DNA of 64,000 nucleotides from an uncultured Dehalococcoidia bacterium (GTDB taxonomy: Bacteria; Chloroflexota; Dehalococcoidia; Lucifugimonadales; UBA3495), in the NCBI GenBank assembly GCA_964502995.1, contig CAZCZB010000002.1, positions 76,805 to 140,804 on the forward strand, given 5' to 3'. The translations under genes were made by a program, and so were the position numbers. Shown here piece by piece: positions 46,495-55,328 of the stretch (position 1 is its first letter; every line of letters starts with the position of its first letter). The notes below the pieces were generated by a model, which worked only from the letters and a program-made list of their open reading frames with translations, had not been told where the DNA came from and made no database searches.

Positions 46495-47241
46495 TTGCCA
46501 GACGCCAGCAACACACCCTCCGACCATCGATCAGATCCCGGGCACATCGCCATCATCATGGATGGCAACGGGCGGTGGGCGGCTCAACGTAAACTGCCAC
46601 GGCACGCCGGCCATCGCAAGGGTGTCGCCAACATCCGGAACGTGGTCCAATTGCTCAGCGACCGTGGCGTCCCGGTGATCACTCTGTACGCGTTCTCCAC
46701 GGAGAATTGGCGAAGACCGTCCGAGGAAGTCGAGGCGCTGCTCTCCATTCTGGCGGAGGAAATTGGGCCCCAAACCATGGCGCTGCACGAATCGGGGGTC
46801 AAACTGGTCCACCTGGGCGATCCCAGTCCGCTGGATGAAAGGCTCCAGGTTGCCATTGCCAGGGCCCAGGAACTCACCAAAAACAACACGGCCGGAATCC
46901 TCAACATCGCGTTCAACTACGGAGGTCGGGACGAGATCCTGCAGGCAGTCCGTCGCATCGTTGCCGACGGAGTTGCGGCAGACCAGGTGGACGAGCTCCT
47001 GTTCAACCGTTACCTCTACACCCACGGCTGTCCGGATCCCGACCTCATCATTCGCACCGGGGGAGAGCAGCGGTTGAGCAATTTCCTGCTGTGGCAGGCG
47101 GCCTACTCGGAGTATTACCACACCCCCATCCTGTGGCCCGACCTGGATGCCGCGGAACTGGACAACGCGTTGGCCGCCTACCGGCAGCGCCGCCGGCGAT
47201 TTGGGGCGCTGGACAACCGACGCGAGTCCGACGGGGGCTAA
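46495..47241 (+). CDS. uppS: isoprenyl transferase (undecaprenyl diphosphate synthase family)
   Basis: HIAIIMDGNGRWA, TLYAFSTENWRRP and RTGGEQRLSNFLLWQAAYSE. There is no in-frame ATG after frr, so I chose the TTG at 46495. The start is uncertain. Confidence 0.86.
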   Translation: MPDASNTPSDHRSDPGHIAIIMDGNGRWAAQRKLPRHAGHRKGVANIRNVVQLLSDRGVPVITLYAFSTENWRRPSEEVEALLSILAEEIGPQTMALHESGVKLVHLGDPSPLDERLQVAIARAQELTKNNTAGILNIAFNYGGRDEILQAVRRIVADGVAADQVDELLFNRYLYTHGCPDPDLIIRTGGEQRLSNFLLWQAAYSEYYHTPILWPDLDAAELDNALAAYRQRRRRFGALDNRRESDGG

Positions 47242-47246
47242 AACCT

Positions 47247-48131
47247 GTGCTGCTGCGGCGGGGTCTGACCGCCCTGGTCGGTGTGCCCGTGGTCATTGGG
47301 GCCGTCTGGTTGGGTCCACCCTGGATCACCCTGCTGGCCGCCATCGCCGCTGTCGCCGGGGTTCGGGAAGCCTACCGCCTGTTCTCGGCATGGTTGATCC
47401 GCAGCGATAACGACGCACACGGCGCGCTCCCGCTGATCCTGGGGGGTACCTGGGCAGTGGCGCTGGTGCTGGCCGGTGAACTGGCTGGAAATCCCCGCGA
47501 TTTCGGGATCGCCGCGGCAACGATCATCGCAATCGGGTCAATCGTCGGCGCTCTCTGGATAATCGCAGCCTGGCGAAGCGCGCATACCGTCGCGGCCGCC
47601 GTGTGGATGCTCTCTGCTCCCATGTACATCGGCGGCGCGTTGGGATGCGCCGTGGCGATCCGCGGAATCGAATCCCAGACGCTGTGGTCGAGCCTCGCAG
47701 TTACTGCGGAAAACGGTATCGCCGCCACCGCCGAAATTGGGCTGTGGTGGCTGCTCCTGGGCGTTCTGGCAGTTTACGCAGCCGACACGGGCGCCTACAC
47801 CGTCGGGCGCCTGATCGGACGTCACAGGATGGCCCCCGGCATCAGTCCCGGCAAAACCTGGGAGGGCGCGGCCGGCGGTATGGCCGCCGCCGTGGTGGCC
47901 GCCGGGTTGCTGGGCAAGTTCACGCCGTTGGGCCTCGAAGTCTGGCAAGGAGCGGTCATAGGTGTTATTTTAGGTATCGTCTCGCCAGCGGGCGATTTGT
48001 TGGAGTCGAAACTGAAACGGTTGGCCGACGTCAAAGATTCCGGTAACCTTTTCCCCGGCCATGGGGGTATGCTGGATCGTGTCGACAGTTTGCTGCCCTC
48101 CTTCGTGGTAGTGTACGCGCTCGCTGTGTAG
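47247..48131 (+). CDS. cdsA: phosphatidate cytidylyltransferase
   Basis: Polytopic protein with the C-terminal signature SPGKTWEG...S..KR...KD.G...PGHGG.LDR.DS. The GTG at 47247 is immediately after the uppS stop. Confidence 0.85.
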   Translation: MLLRRGLTALVGVPVVIGAVWLGPPWITLLAAIAAVAGVREAYRLFSAWLIRSDNDAHGALPLILGGTWAVALVLAGELAGNPRDFGIAAATIIAIGSIVGALWIIAAWRSAHTVAAAVWMLSAPMYIGGALGCAVAIRGIESQTLWSSLAVTAENGIAATAEIGLWWLLLGVLAVYAADTGAYTVGRLIGRHRMAPGISPGKTWEGAAGGMAAAVVAAGLLGKFTPLGLEVWQGAVIGVILGIVSPAGDLLESKLKRLADVKDSGNLFPGHGGMLDRVDSLLPSFVVVYALAV

Positions 48132-48165
48132 CGCTCCGTCGCCACCTGATCCGGACACCATCGTT

Positions 48166-49293
48166 ATGCGACGCATCGTAATACTCGGTTCCACAGGCTC
48201 AATCGGGCGCCAGACGCTGGATATTATTCGCGCTTTTCCAGAGGATTTCGAGGTTGTCGGCCTGGCCGCCGGCAACAACACCGACCTGCTCCAGGACCAG
48301 ATAGCAGAGTTCAAGCCCAAATACATCTGGTGCAACTCGCCTCCGGAGCCACTGCCTCGCAACACCTCCATGATGTCCATGGAGGAAATGGTAGTCCTGC
48401 CCGAGGTGGATCAGGTGATGGTGGCCCTGATGGGCGCAGTGGGACTGGCCCCCACGTTGGAAGCGCTGGCCGCAGCCAAACAGGTCGCGCTGTCCAACAA
48501 GGAGCCCATCGTAATGGCGGGCCAGGCTCTCAAGGCCGCAGAGGCCAGGCACGGCGGCATCATCCTCCCGGTGGACAGCGAACCCAGCGCCATCTGGCAA
48601 TGCCTGCAGGGCGAGGAAAACCATATACGCCGCCTGATGATTACCGCCAGCGGCGGCCCGTTCCGTCGCACGCCACTGTCCGATTTGGAATCGGTGACGC
48701 CCGAGCAGGCGCTGCAACACCCGACCTGGCGCATGGGCGACAAGATCACCATCGACTCTGCCACCCTGATGAACAAGGCTTTCGAGGTCATAGAGTCGCA
48801 CTGGTTGTTCTCGGTGCCGTGGGAAGACATCGCGGTGGTGGTCCATCCGCAAAGTACCATCCATTCCATGGTCGAGTTTGACGACGGTTCCGTAAAAGCC
48901 CAAATGGGCCCTCCCAGCATGAGGCTTCCCATCCAGTACGCCCTGTTCTACCCCCGCCGGCTCGCCAACCCCGAGATCCCCAGGCTCGACATAGGATCTC
49001 CGTGGTCGCTGGACTTCGAACCGATGGAATCGGAACGGTTCCCCTGCTTCGACCTCGCCGTTTCCGCCGGTCGCGCCGGCGGCACGGCGCCAACCGTACT
49101 CAGCGCGGCCGACGAGGTTGCCGTGTCGGCGTTCCTGAAGGGCAAGATCGGGTTCATGGGAATCTTCCGCGTGGTTGAACAGGTGCTGGCGGAGCACGAC
49201 TCACAGTCCGACCCTGATCTCGACGCCATCCGCGAGGCCGATCGCTGGGCCAACGCCCGGGCATCCGAAATCGCCGGCCTTCCGGTAACCTGA
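48166..49293 (+). CDS. dxr: 1-deoxy-D-xylulose-5-phosphate reductoisomerase
   Basis: ILGSTGSIGRQTLD, LANKE-like (LSNKEPIV), PVDSEPSAI and HP.W.MG.KITIDSATLMNK. Confidence 0.95.
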   Translation: MRRIVILGSTGSIGRQTLDIIRAFPEDFEVVGLAAGNNTDLLQDQIAEFKPKYIWCNSPPEPLPRNTSMMSMEEMVVLPEVDQVMVALMGAVGLAPTLEALAAAKQVALSNKEPIVMAGQALKAAEARHGGIILPVDSEPSAIWQCLQGEENHIRRLMITASGGPFRRTPLSDLESVTPEQALQHPTWRMGDKITIDSATLMNKAFEVIESHWLFSVPWEDIAVVVHPQSTIHSMVEFDDGSVKAQMGPPSMRLPIQYALFYPRRLANPEIPRLDIGSPWSLDFEPMESERFPCFDLAVSAGRAGGTAPTVLSAADEVAVSAFLKGKIGFMGIFRVVEQVLAEHDSQSDPDLDAIREADRWANARASEIAGLPVT

Positions 49294-49305
49294 CCGATCA
49301 CCGCC

Positions 49306-50703
49306 ATGGATACTCTGCTGATCGCGGTGGCATCGTTTATTCCGATGCTTTTGTTGCTGGTGGTGGTGCACGAATTGGGGCACTTCTGGACTGCCAAAGC
49401 CTTCGGTATCAAGGTGCTGGAGTTCGGCGTCGGCTACCCGCCACGCGCGTTCGGTGTCTTCACGGGGCGCACCGAAACCCGGTTGGACGGCACAACGGTC
49501 TGCCTCAATGGGTCGCTGGCCGGCATACAGCCCGGCCAGATCGTTCGCATACTTTCCGGCGAAACGCCTGACGGGCAATTGGTGGCCCGTTACGTTGAGG
49601 TGAAAGACCAGGGTTCCGGGGACGGGCTTGGCAAGACCATCGCCCGCTTCGCCGGGTTCGGCGGCAATGACGAGTCCGCGCCCACCGCAGCCGAACCTCC
49701 CCGCCGCCGGCTGGACGAGGTGGAAACCGACGAATACCTGCGCCACGAGGGTCGGGTACGCGAGGTCCATCCGGATAAAATCGTGCTGGCCGACATGCTG
49801 TATTCGGTCAACTGGCTGCCACTGGGCGGCTTTGTCAGATTGTCCGGCGAAAATAACCCGGCCGCGCCCCAGAGCCTGGCCCGCCGCGGCGTCGGCCAAC
49901 GCGCCATCGTGCTGGCCGCCGGTTCCGCGATGAACGCTCTCTTCCCCATCGTGGCCTTCGCGATCATGGCGATGGTGCCGCACACCGAACTGGTCGGAGG
50001 ATCGGTGCAGATCACCGCCGTGGCCCCCAATTCGCCGGCCGCCACCGCAGGATTGATGCCCGGCGACCGGGTACTGGCCGTATCCGAAACGCCGCTGGAA
50101 ACCCCGCAGAGTCTGCCCCAGGAAGTTCGCCTGTCCGCCGGGTCCGAGATGCAATGGGTGATTGAACGCAACGGCGAACGGCGCGTCGTCAACCTGACCC
50201 CGCGCGCCGATCCACCCCCCGGTCAGGGCGCCGTAGGAATCGGGTTCACCATCGTTGACCAGCAAACCGAACGTCGGTCAGAACCGCCGTGGGTGGCCCT
50301 GCGCCTTGGTTTCACGGACACCTGGGACATGGTAACGCTGATCGTCCGCGAGGTGCGCGGATGGTTTGGCGGCCAGCGCGGCCCCGAATTCAGCGGTCCC
50401 ATTGGCATCGCCCAGATAACGGGTGAAGTCACGCGGCAGGGAGGGTTCCAGGGTTGGATGGTGGTGGCCATCCTCCTCAGCATCAACCTGGCCGTATTGA
50501 ACATCCTGCCGATCCCCATGCTCGACGGCGGAAGGCTGTTATTCGTGGCCATCGAGTGGGTGCGCGGCGGAAAACGCATTCCGTCGGACAAGGAAGGGTT
50601 GGTTCACCTGATCGGCTTCGTGGCCATGATCGCGCTGGTGATCGCCATCTCCGCGAACGACATCATCCGACTGGTGCGTGGTATCAGTCCGCTCGGCGGT
50701 TGA
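49306..50703 (+). CDS. rseP: RIP (site-2) zinc metalloprotease, M50 family
   Basis: HELGHF at aa 22-26, LPLGGFVRL at aa 171-179, a PDZ-like region, and the C-terminal NILPIPMLDGG. It contains a ~110-aa insertion after the first TM (see findings). Confidence 0.9.
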   Translation: MDTLLIAVASFIPMLLLLVVVHELGHFWTAKAFGIKVLEFGVGYPPRAFGVFTGRTETRLDGTTVCLNGSLAGIQPGQIVRILSGETPDGQLVARYVEVKDQGSGDGLGKTIARFAGFGGNDESAPTAAEPPRRRLDEVETDEYLRHEGRVREVHPDKIVLADMLYSVNWLPLGGFVRLSGENNPAAPQSLARRGVGQRAIVLAAGSAMNALFPIVAFAIMAMVPHTELVGGSVQITAVAPNSPAATAGLMPGDRVLAVSETPLETPQSLPQEVRLSAGSEMQWVIERNGERRVVNLTPRADPPPGQGAVGIGFTIVDQQTERRSEPPWVALRLGFTDTWDMVTLIVREVRGWFGGQRGPEFSGPIGIAQITGEVTRQGGFQGWMVVAILLSINLAVLNILPIPMLDGGRLLFVAIEWVRGGKRIPSDKEGLVHLIGFVAMIALVIAISANDIIRLVRGISPLGG

Positions 50704-50736
50704 TTTTCGCCCATCGCGCTCGCGAATCGTTACGCC

Positions 50737-50936
50737 GCTCATGGTTCGACAAGTACCCCATAAGCGAATCCCTGCGATGCGCGGCCAGCGGTCAACGGCT
50801 GCCGGCCAACTGTCCGGGCCTTTCGATGATTGTCACACTGGCCAGTAGTCCGCTCGGCCAACGGTCCGCTCATGGTGAGCCTGTCGAACCATGAGCCCCA
50901 TCCTTCGACAAGCTCAGGATGAGCGCACAGGTGGAG
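50737..50936. repeat. REP/MITE-like intergenic palindromic repeat element (FDKLRMS / LSLSK-type)
   Basis: GCTCATGGTTCGACAAG (50737-50753) recurs inverted at 50890-50906. There is a local hairpin GCTCATGGT-11 nt-ACCATGAGC (50878-50906), and TTCGACAAGCTCAGGATGAGCGC at 50914-50936. Spurious ORFs across it translate to ...SFDKLRMSA... and ...ELVEG...FDRLTMSG.... Confidence 0.6.
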
Positions 50937-51061
50937 CAATAATCGAAAGGCCGTGGGCCACCCTTCCGCCTGATTGTGCCCCGGGATGGTATGACGCTAT
51001 AATCGGTCTGCCGGTCCAGGCATGGCCCGGAGATCACCAAACCCAGCCAAGGACTTTCATA

Positions 51062-51880
51062 ATGGTCGCTACCACGTACACCTGCATCCAAACCGAAACC
51101 GTCACCCGGCCCACCATGATGGGACGCAACGAGGTGGAGACCCGCATCGGGGTGATCACCCTCAACCGGCCGGAAGTGTTGAACGCCCTCAACCTCCAAC
51201 TGGTGCGCGAACTCAACCAGGCGGTCAAGGATTACGAAGCCGACGACAGCGTTGGGGCGATCATAATCACCGGGGCGGGCGAACGCGCTTTTTCCGCCGG
51301 GGCTGATATCCACGAAAACCGCGAGTTGTCGCCGGAACAGCGCGAGGCAGGCCAGAGCGAACGCGCCGAGTACACGTGGTATCTGCACGCCTGCGGCAAA
51401 CCCATCATCGGCGCGGTGAACGGCCTCTGCTACGGTGGTGGCACGGTGCTGGCGACCAGCCTGGACTTTCTGATCGGTTGCGAAAAGACCAGCTTCCGGT
51501 TCCTGGCGGTCAACTACGGCCAGATGAACGCCACCTGGAGCCTGCCGCAGTTGGTCGGGATCAACCGGGCCAAAGAGCTGCTCCTCAGCGGCCGCGAGGT
51601 TTTCGCCGATGAGGCCTATCACATCGGATTGATCAACCACCTGGTGCCCTCTGAAGATTTGATGGAGCGCACCCTGGACATCGCCGCCGGCATCGCCCGC
51701 AACAGGGTGCAGGGCCTGGCGAACATCAAGCAGTTGCTGCTGGAGCACTCCGGGCTGCCGGTGGAAGAGCAGTTCCGCAACGAGGTCGAAGGCCGCACCG
51801 ACCGGTTCAAGGGTCTGTCTGTGGAGGAAGGATTTTCCGATTTCCTGGCGCGCAAGGGACGCAAAACCCGCGACGAATAA
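51062..51880 (+). CDS. enoyl-CoA hydratase/isomerase (crotonase) family protein
   Basis: IGVITLNRPEVLNALN, ITGAGERAFSAGADI and AVNGLCYGGG. The ATG at 51062 is preferred because the track 5' extension is translated repeat DNA. Confidence 0.88.
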   Translation: MVATTYTCIQTETVTRPTMMGRNEVETRIGVITLNRPEVLNALNLQLVRELNQAVKDYEADDSVGAIIITGAGERAFSAGADIHENRELSPEQREAGQSERAEYTWYLHACGKPIIGAVNGLCYGGGTVLATSLDFLIGCEKTSFRFLAVNYGQMNATWSLPQLVGINRAKELLLSGREVFADEAYHIGLINHLVPSEDLMERTLDIAAGIARNRVQGLANIKQLLLEHSGLPVEEQFRNEVEGRTDRFKGLSVEEGFSDFLARKGRKTRDE

Positions 51881-52320
51881 TGGAGAGCGCTGCAAATCCT
51901 GGCATCGTACCGCCGTCGGGGCACGCCTCCGACGGCGTTATCATAGCTCCCGATGGCTCAAGGGTGCGCCTGGTGTTGACCGAGGAACACGGGGCGACTC
52001 GATGCAGCGTTGTCGAGGTTACCCTGGAGGCGGGCGCAGCCTCGCGCCCGGTGCGCCACAAAACGGTGGAGGAGGTGTGGTATGTCCTGTCGGGACGGGG
52101 AGAAGTGTGGCGCTGTCCGCCGGATGTGTCGGCTCAGGGCGAGGTCCCGATGGGAGTCGAAGCGGGCGACGCGCTGACTATTCCAACCGGGTGGGCGTTT
52201 CAGTTTCGCGCCGGGCCGGATGTGGACCTGAGATTCTTGTGTGTAACTATGCCGCCGTGGCCTGGGATGGAAGAAGCCGTCGAAGTACCGGAAGGCAGTC
52301 CATGGAATCCCACCCTTTGA
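51880..52320 (+). CDS. cupin-domain protein
   Basis: Cupin-like HKTVEEVWYVLSGRGEVW ... GDALTIPTGWAFQF. Its start overlaps the upstream stop (TAATG). Confidence 0.75.
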   Translation: MESAANPGIVPPSGHASDGVIIAPDGSRVRLVLTEEHGATRCSVVEVTLEAGAASRPVRHKTVEEVWYVLSGRGEVWRCPPDVSAQGEVPMGVEAGDALTIPTGWAFQFRAGPDVDLRFLCVTMPPWPGMEEAVEVPEGSPWNPTL

Positions 52321-52344
52321 CCTGACTGTCCGGAACCGCCAGAG

Positions 52345-52581
52345 TTATCCGGGGCGCCGCACCTCAATGGTTTCTCCGTCTGCCAACGCTACGCGCCGGT
52401 ACTGAATACCCATCTTCAACATCCAGTACCCCAGAGTGGCGGGACTCACACCAAGTTGGGACGCCGCGCGACTCATTCCCATCTCATTAACCAGGTGAGG
52501 CACCAAGCTTTCCAGAGGTTGACCGTGCTGTTCTTCCACACTTTTCATCAACTTGGTCTTTCTGATTCGCTGCGTCGCCAT
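52345..52581 (-). CDS. small helix-turn-helix DNA-binding protein
   Basis: 78 aa with an HTH-like MGMSRAASQLGVSPATLGYWMLKMGI. RBS GAGGGA. It is preceded by a markedly AT-rich 214-nt region. Confidence 0.6.
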   Translation of the reverse strand: MATQRIRKTKLMKSVEEQHGQPLESLVPHLVNEMGMSRAASQLGVSPATLGYWMLKMGIQYRRVALADGETIEVRRPG

Positions 52582-52750
52582 ATTCCCTCAGTATTTCGTA
52601 AAATATCAGTCGGTGACCGCGCTGATTCGGGCCACCGGCATGGGCTTTAAACTGGGGCTATATTACACCAACCCAACCCCGGTTCACACGGCATTTGAAA
52701 GCAAACTATTGCTATTTTTATAAAATGTCGGAAAACGGACGATCTATCTC

Positions 52751-52766
52751 ATGTGTTAAGACACAT
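52751..52766. promoter_or_regulatory. perfect palindrome ATGTGT-taag-ACACAT (candidate operator)
   Basis: Read directly in the AT-rich region upstream of the HTH gene and just downstream of the LLM gene stop. A further ACACAC follows at 52771-52776. Confidence 0.3.
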
Positions 52767-52795
52767 AAGACACACCGGCTCGATCGCCCATTGCC

Positions 52796-53890
52796 CTAAC
52801 CCGTTGCAGCCCCGGTCAGGTCCGATACCTGCGGCATAACCTTTTCGGCCAGCAACCGAGTCGAATGTTCCCACGCCTCGTTGTTTTCGGACTGGTCGTA
52901 CACCAACATCAACAGACCGCCGAATCCGCCCACGTCGCCGTACATCCGCCGGATCTTTTCCGCCACGGTGTCCGGCGATCCGATGAGCCACAGGTGGTCG
53001 GCCATGTACTCGATGTTCACCGCGTCGTCCGGCACCTCGTCGTCATGCTTGAAGACCTTCATCAGGTCGAACTCCCGGAACAGCGGCAACAGGTAGTCGT
53101 GCCAAACCCGGCCCAACATGCCGTTCAGGGCCAGGTCCCGCGCCTCCTCATCGGTATCGGCGACGTAAACGTCGCGCACCAACCGCCAGTCCCCTCGCGA
53201 CGGTGTGCGACCCGTGCGCTGGGCGCCCTCCTCGATGGCCTCCCAGTGGCTCCGGCAGTAGTCCATGTTCAGGGCGAGGCTCATGGGGATGAATCCACGC
53301 TCGCCGGCGATCATCAGGGTCGGCGACTTGTAACTCACCGACGCGACGCCGATGGGCGGGTGAGGCTTCTGGTAGGGCCGCAGGAAGAACTCCAACGTGC
53401 CGTACATCGGCTCAGGGATGTTGACGTTCCAGTATTTGCCCTTGTACTCAAAGGGCCCGTCGTTCTCCCAGATTTTGAGGATTATGTCCAGCGACTCGCG
53501 GGTCATGTCCCGGTGTTCACCGTTGTTGCCGTCAACGTCGAACAGCGCCCAATCGCTGGGCAGCCCGCTGGCTCCCACTCCGAAGAGAAAACGCCCCTGG
53601 GATATGTGATCAAGATACGCCACCCGGTGCGCCAGTTCGGCCGGGTGATGGAACGGCAGCAGGTGCGCGCCCGATCCAAGCTTGATCTGCTTGGTCTTCA
53701 TGAGCGCCTGGGCAATCAACAGGTCCGGAGCGGGTATCGGTTCCCAGGGCGATGTGAAATGCTCGCCGATCCAGGCTTCGTTGAAACCCAGTTCGTCGCA
53801 AAGGGTCAGGTAATCCAGGTCCCATTGGTGGGCATCGTATATGTTCCGTTCCGGTGGATGGGACGGCATCATAAACAGTCCGTACTTCAT
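52796..53890 (-). CDS. LLM-class flavin-dependent oxidoreductase
   Basis: MKYGLFMMPSHPP..., FNEAWIGEHFTSPWEP and IKLGSGAHLLPFHHP. The ATG at 53890 is preceded by GGGAGGA. Confidence 0.9.
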   Translation of the reverse strand: MKYGLFMMPSHPPERNIYDAHQWDLDYLTLCDELGFNEAWIGEHFTSPWEPIPAPDLLIAQALMKTKQIKLGSGAHLLPFHHPAELAHRVAYLDHISQGRFLFGVGASGLPSDWALFDVDGNNGEHRDMTRESLDIILKIWENDGPFEYKGKYWNVNIPEPMYGTLEFFLRPYQKPHPPIGVASVSYKSPTLMIAGERGFIPMSLALNMDYCRSHWEAIEEGAQRTGRTPSRGDWRLVRDVYVADTDEEARDLALNGMLGRVWHDYLLPLFREFDLMKVFKHDDEVPDDAVNIEYMADHLWLIGSPDTVAEKIRRMYGDVGGFGGLLMLVYDQSENNEAWEHSTRLLAEKVMPQVSDLTGAATG

Positions 53891-54019
53891 GGTTCCTCCC
53901 TCGATACTGACGTCGCGAGACATTCTGAAATTGGCGTTGAATGGCCGTAAAATACCACAAATCATGAGCCGCCGGCCCCTGTGTTATAGTGGCGCATCCA
54001 TTCCGGCAAAGGACGTAAA

Positions 54020-54451
54020 TTGACTACCGCACAAATCGGCAATCGGGTACGGGTTCATTACACAGGCCGCCTGGACGATGGCGAAGTGTTCGATTCATCG
54101 GAGGGCGGCACGCCGTTGTCGTTCACCCTGGGCAGTGGCCAGGTGATACCCGGGTTCGAGAACGGTGTACTCGGCATGTCTGCCGGCGACACCAAAACCG
54201 TACATATCCCGTGCGCCGATGCCTACGGAGAGCGACGTCAGGACGGCGTGATGGACGTTCCCCGCGGCGAGTTTCCGCCCGACATGGCGCTGGAGGTCGG
54301 CTCATCCGTGCAGGGTCAGCAGAGCAGCGGCCAGGTGGTGACCTTCACGATTATGGCGGTATCGGACGAAGCGGTAACGCTGGACGCCAATCACCCGTTG
54401 GCGGGCAAGGATCTCACCTTCGACCTCACGCTGGTGTCGATCGAAGAGTAA
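54020..54451 (+). CDS. FKBP-type peptidyl-prolyl cis-trans isomerase, SlyD-like (with IF insert, no His-rich tail)
   Basis: RVRVHYTGRLDDGEVFDSS, FTLGSGQVIPGFENGVLGM and DANHPLAGKDLTFDLTLVSI. TTG start. Confidence 0.88.
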   Translation: MTTAQIGNRVRVHYTGRLDDGEVFDSSEGGTPLSFTLGSGQVIPGFENGVLGMSAGDTKTVHIPCADAYGERRQDGVMDVPRGEFPPDMALEVGSSVQGQQSSGQVVTFTIMAVSDEAVTLDANHPLAGKDLTFDLTLVSIEE

Positions 54452-54455
54452 CTGC

Positions 54456-54480
54456 CAAGGGGGCGCGGCGCTCCCCCTTG
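54456..54480. terminator. bidirectional terminator hairpin
   Basis: CAAGGGGG-9 nt-CCCCCTTG, followed by TATTTGC, between convergent genes. Confidence 0.65.
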
Positions 54481-54486
54481 TATTTG

Positions 54487-55302
54487 CTACACCCGCACCT
54501 GCTGCGCCAAGGTCTGATACGTGACGGGCGAGGTGGCAACCAGCCCCGCATCGACCGGGAGGATCACGCCGTTGATCCAGCGGGCCTCATCGCTGGCGAG
54601 AAACAGGGCGGCGTTGCCGATATCCCAGGCCGTGCCTTCCGTCCGCAGCGGCGCGGCATGGCTGCGAACCTGTCGCAGATCGTCGTCCATCCGGGGCGCA
54701 ACCATGGGCGTGTACACCAGGCCCGGCGCGATGCAATTGGTGCGAATGCCATCGGGCCCGTGGTCGGCGGCCATTGATATGGTCAGCCCGATCACCGCCG
54801 CCTTGGACGCGGTGTAAGGGGTGCTGCTGTGCGCCCTCAGCCCGGCGATAGATGAGATGTTGATGATGGAACCGCCGCCGGTTTTGATCATCTCGGGTAT
54901 GGCAAACTTGCTGGCCAGAACGATGCTCTTCACGTTGATGGCCATCACCCGGTCCCACGCATCCTCTGCGATCTCCACCACCGTGCCCCGGTGCGAAATC
55001 CCCACGTTGTTGTCCAGGATGTCCAGCCTGCCGTAGCGCTCGATGCACGCGGCAACCATCCGCTCGCAGTCGTCGGCATTGGTAACGTCGCCCTGGATGG
55101 TGGACGCAATGCCGCCCTCGGACTCTATGAGTTCCAGGGTTTCTTTCGCCCGATCCTCGGCGAGATCGGATAGCAGCACCTTCGCGCCCTCGCGGGCGAA
55201 CAGGGTGGCGGTTGCGCGTCCGTTGCCAACCCCCGGACCGCTGCTGCCGGCGCCGGTGACGATGGCCACCTTACCTTCGAGCCTGGGACTGCGTTCCGCC
55301 AC
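54487..55302 (-). CDS. SDR-family oxidoreductase
   Basis: GKVAIVTGAGSSGPGVG, NNVG and the catalytic YTASKAA. The GTG start at 55302 lies 8 nt after GGAGG. Confidence 0.9.
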   Translation of the reverse strand: MAERSPRLEGKVAIVTGAGSSGPGVGNGRATATLFAREGAKVLLSDLAEDRAKETLELIESEGGIASTIQGDVTNADDCERMVAACIERYGRLDILDNNVGISHRGTVVEIAEDAWDRVMAINVKSIVLASKFAIPEMIKTGGGSIINISSIAGLRAHSSTPYTASKAAVIGLTISMAADHGPDGIRTNCIAPGLVYTPMVAPRMDDDLRQVRSHAAPLRTEGTAWDIGNAALFLASDEARWINGVILPVDAGLVATSPVTYQTLAQQVRV

Positions 55303-55328
55303 GGTGTGAACCTCCGTTCAAGTGGACC

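Noticed and set aside
50891-51061. N-terminal extension of the crotonase ORF (MSPILRQAQDERTGG...).
   Set aside because: This stretch is simply the translated REP-like repeat. Crotonase similarity starts after the ATG at 51062.
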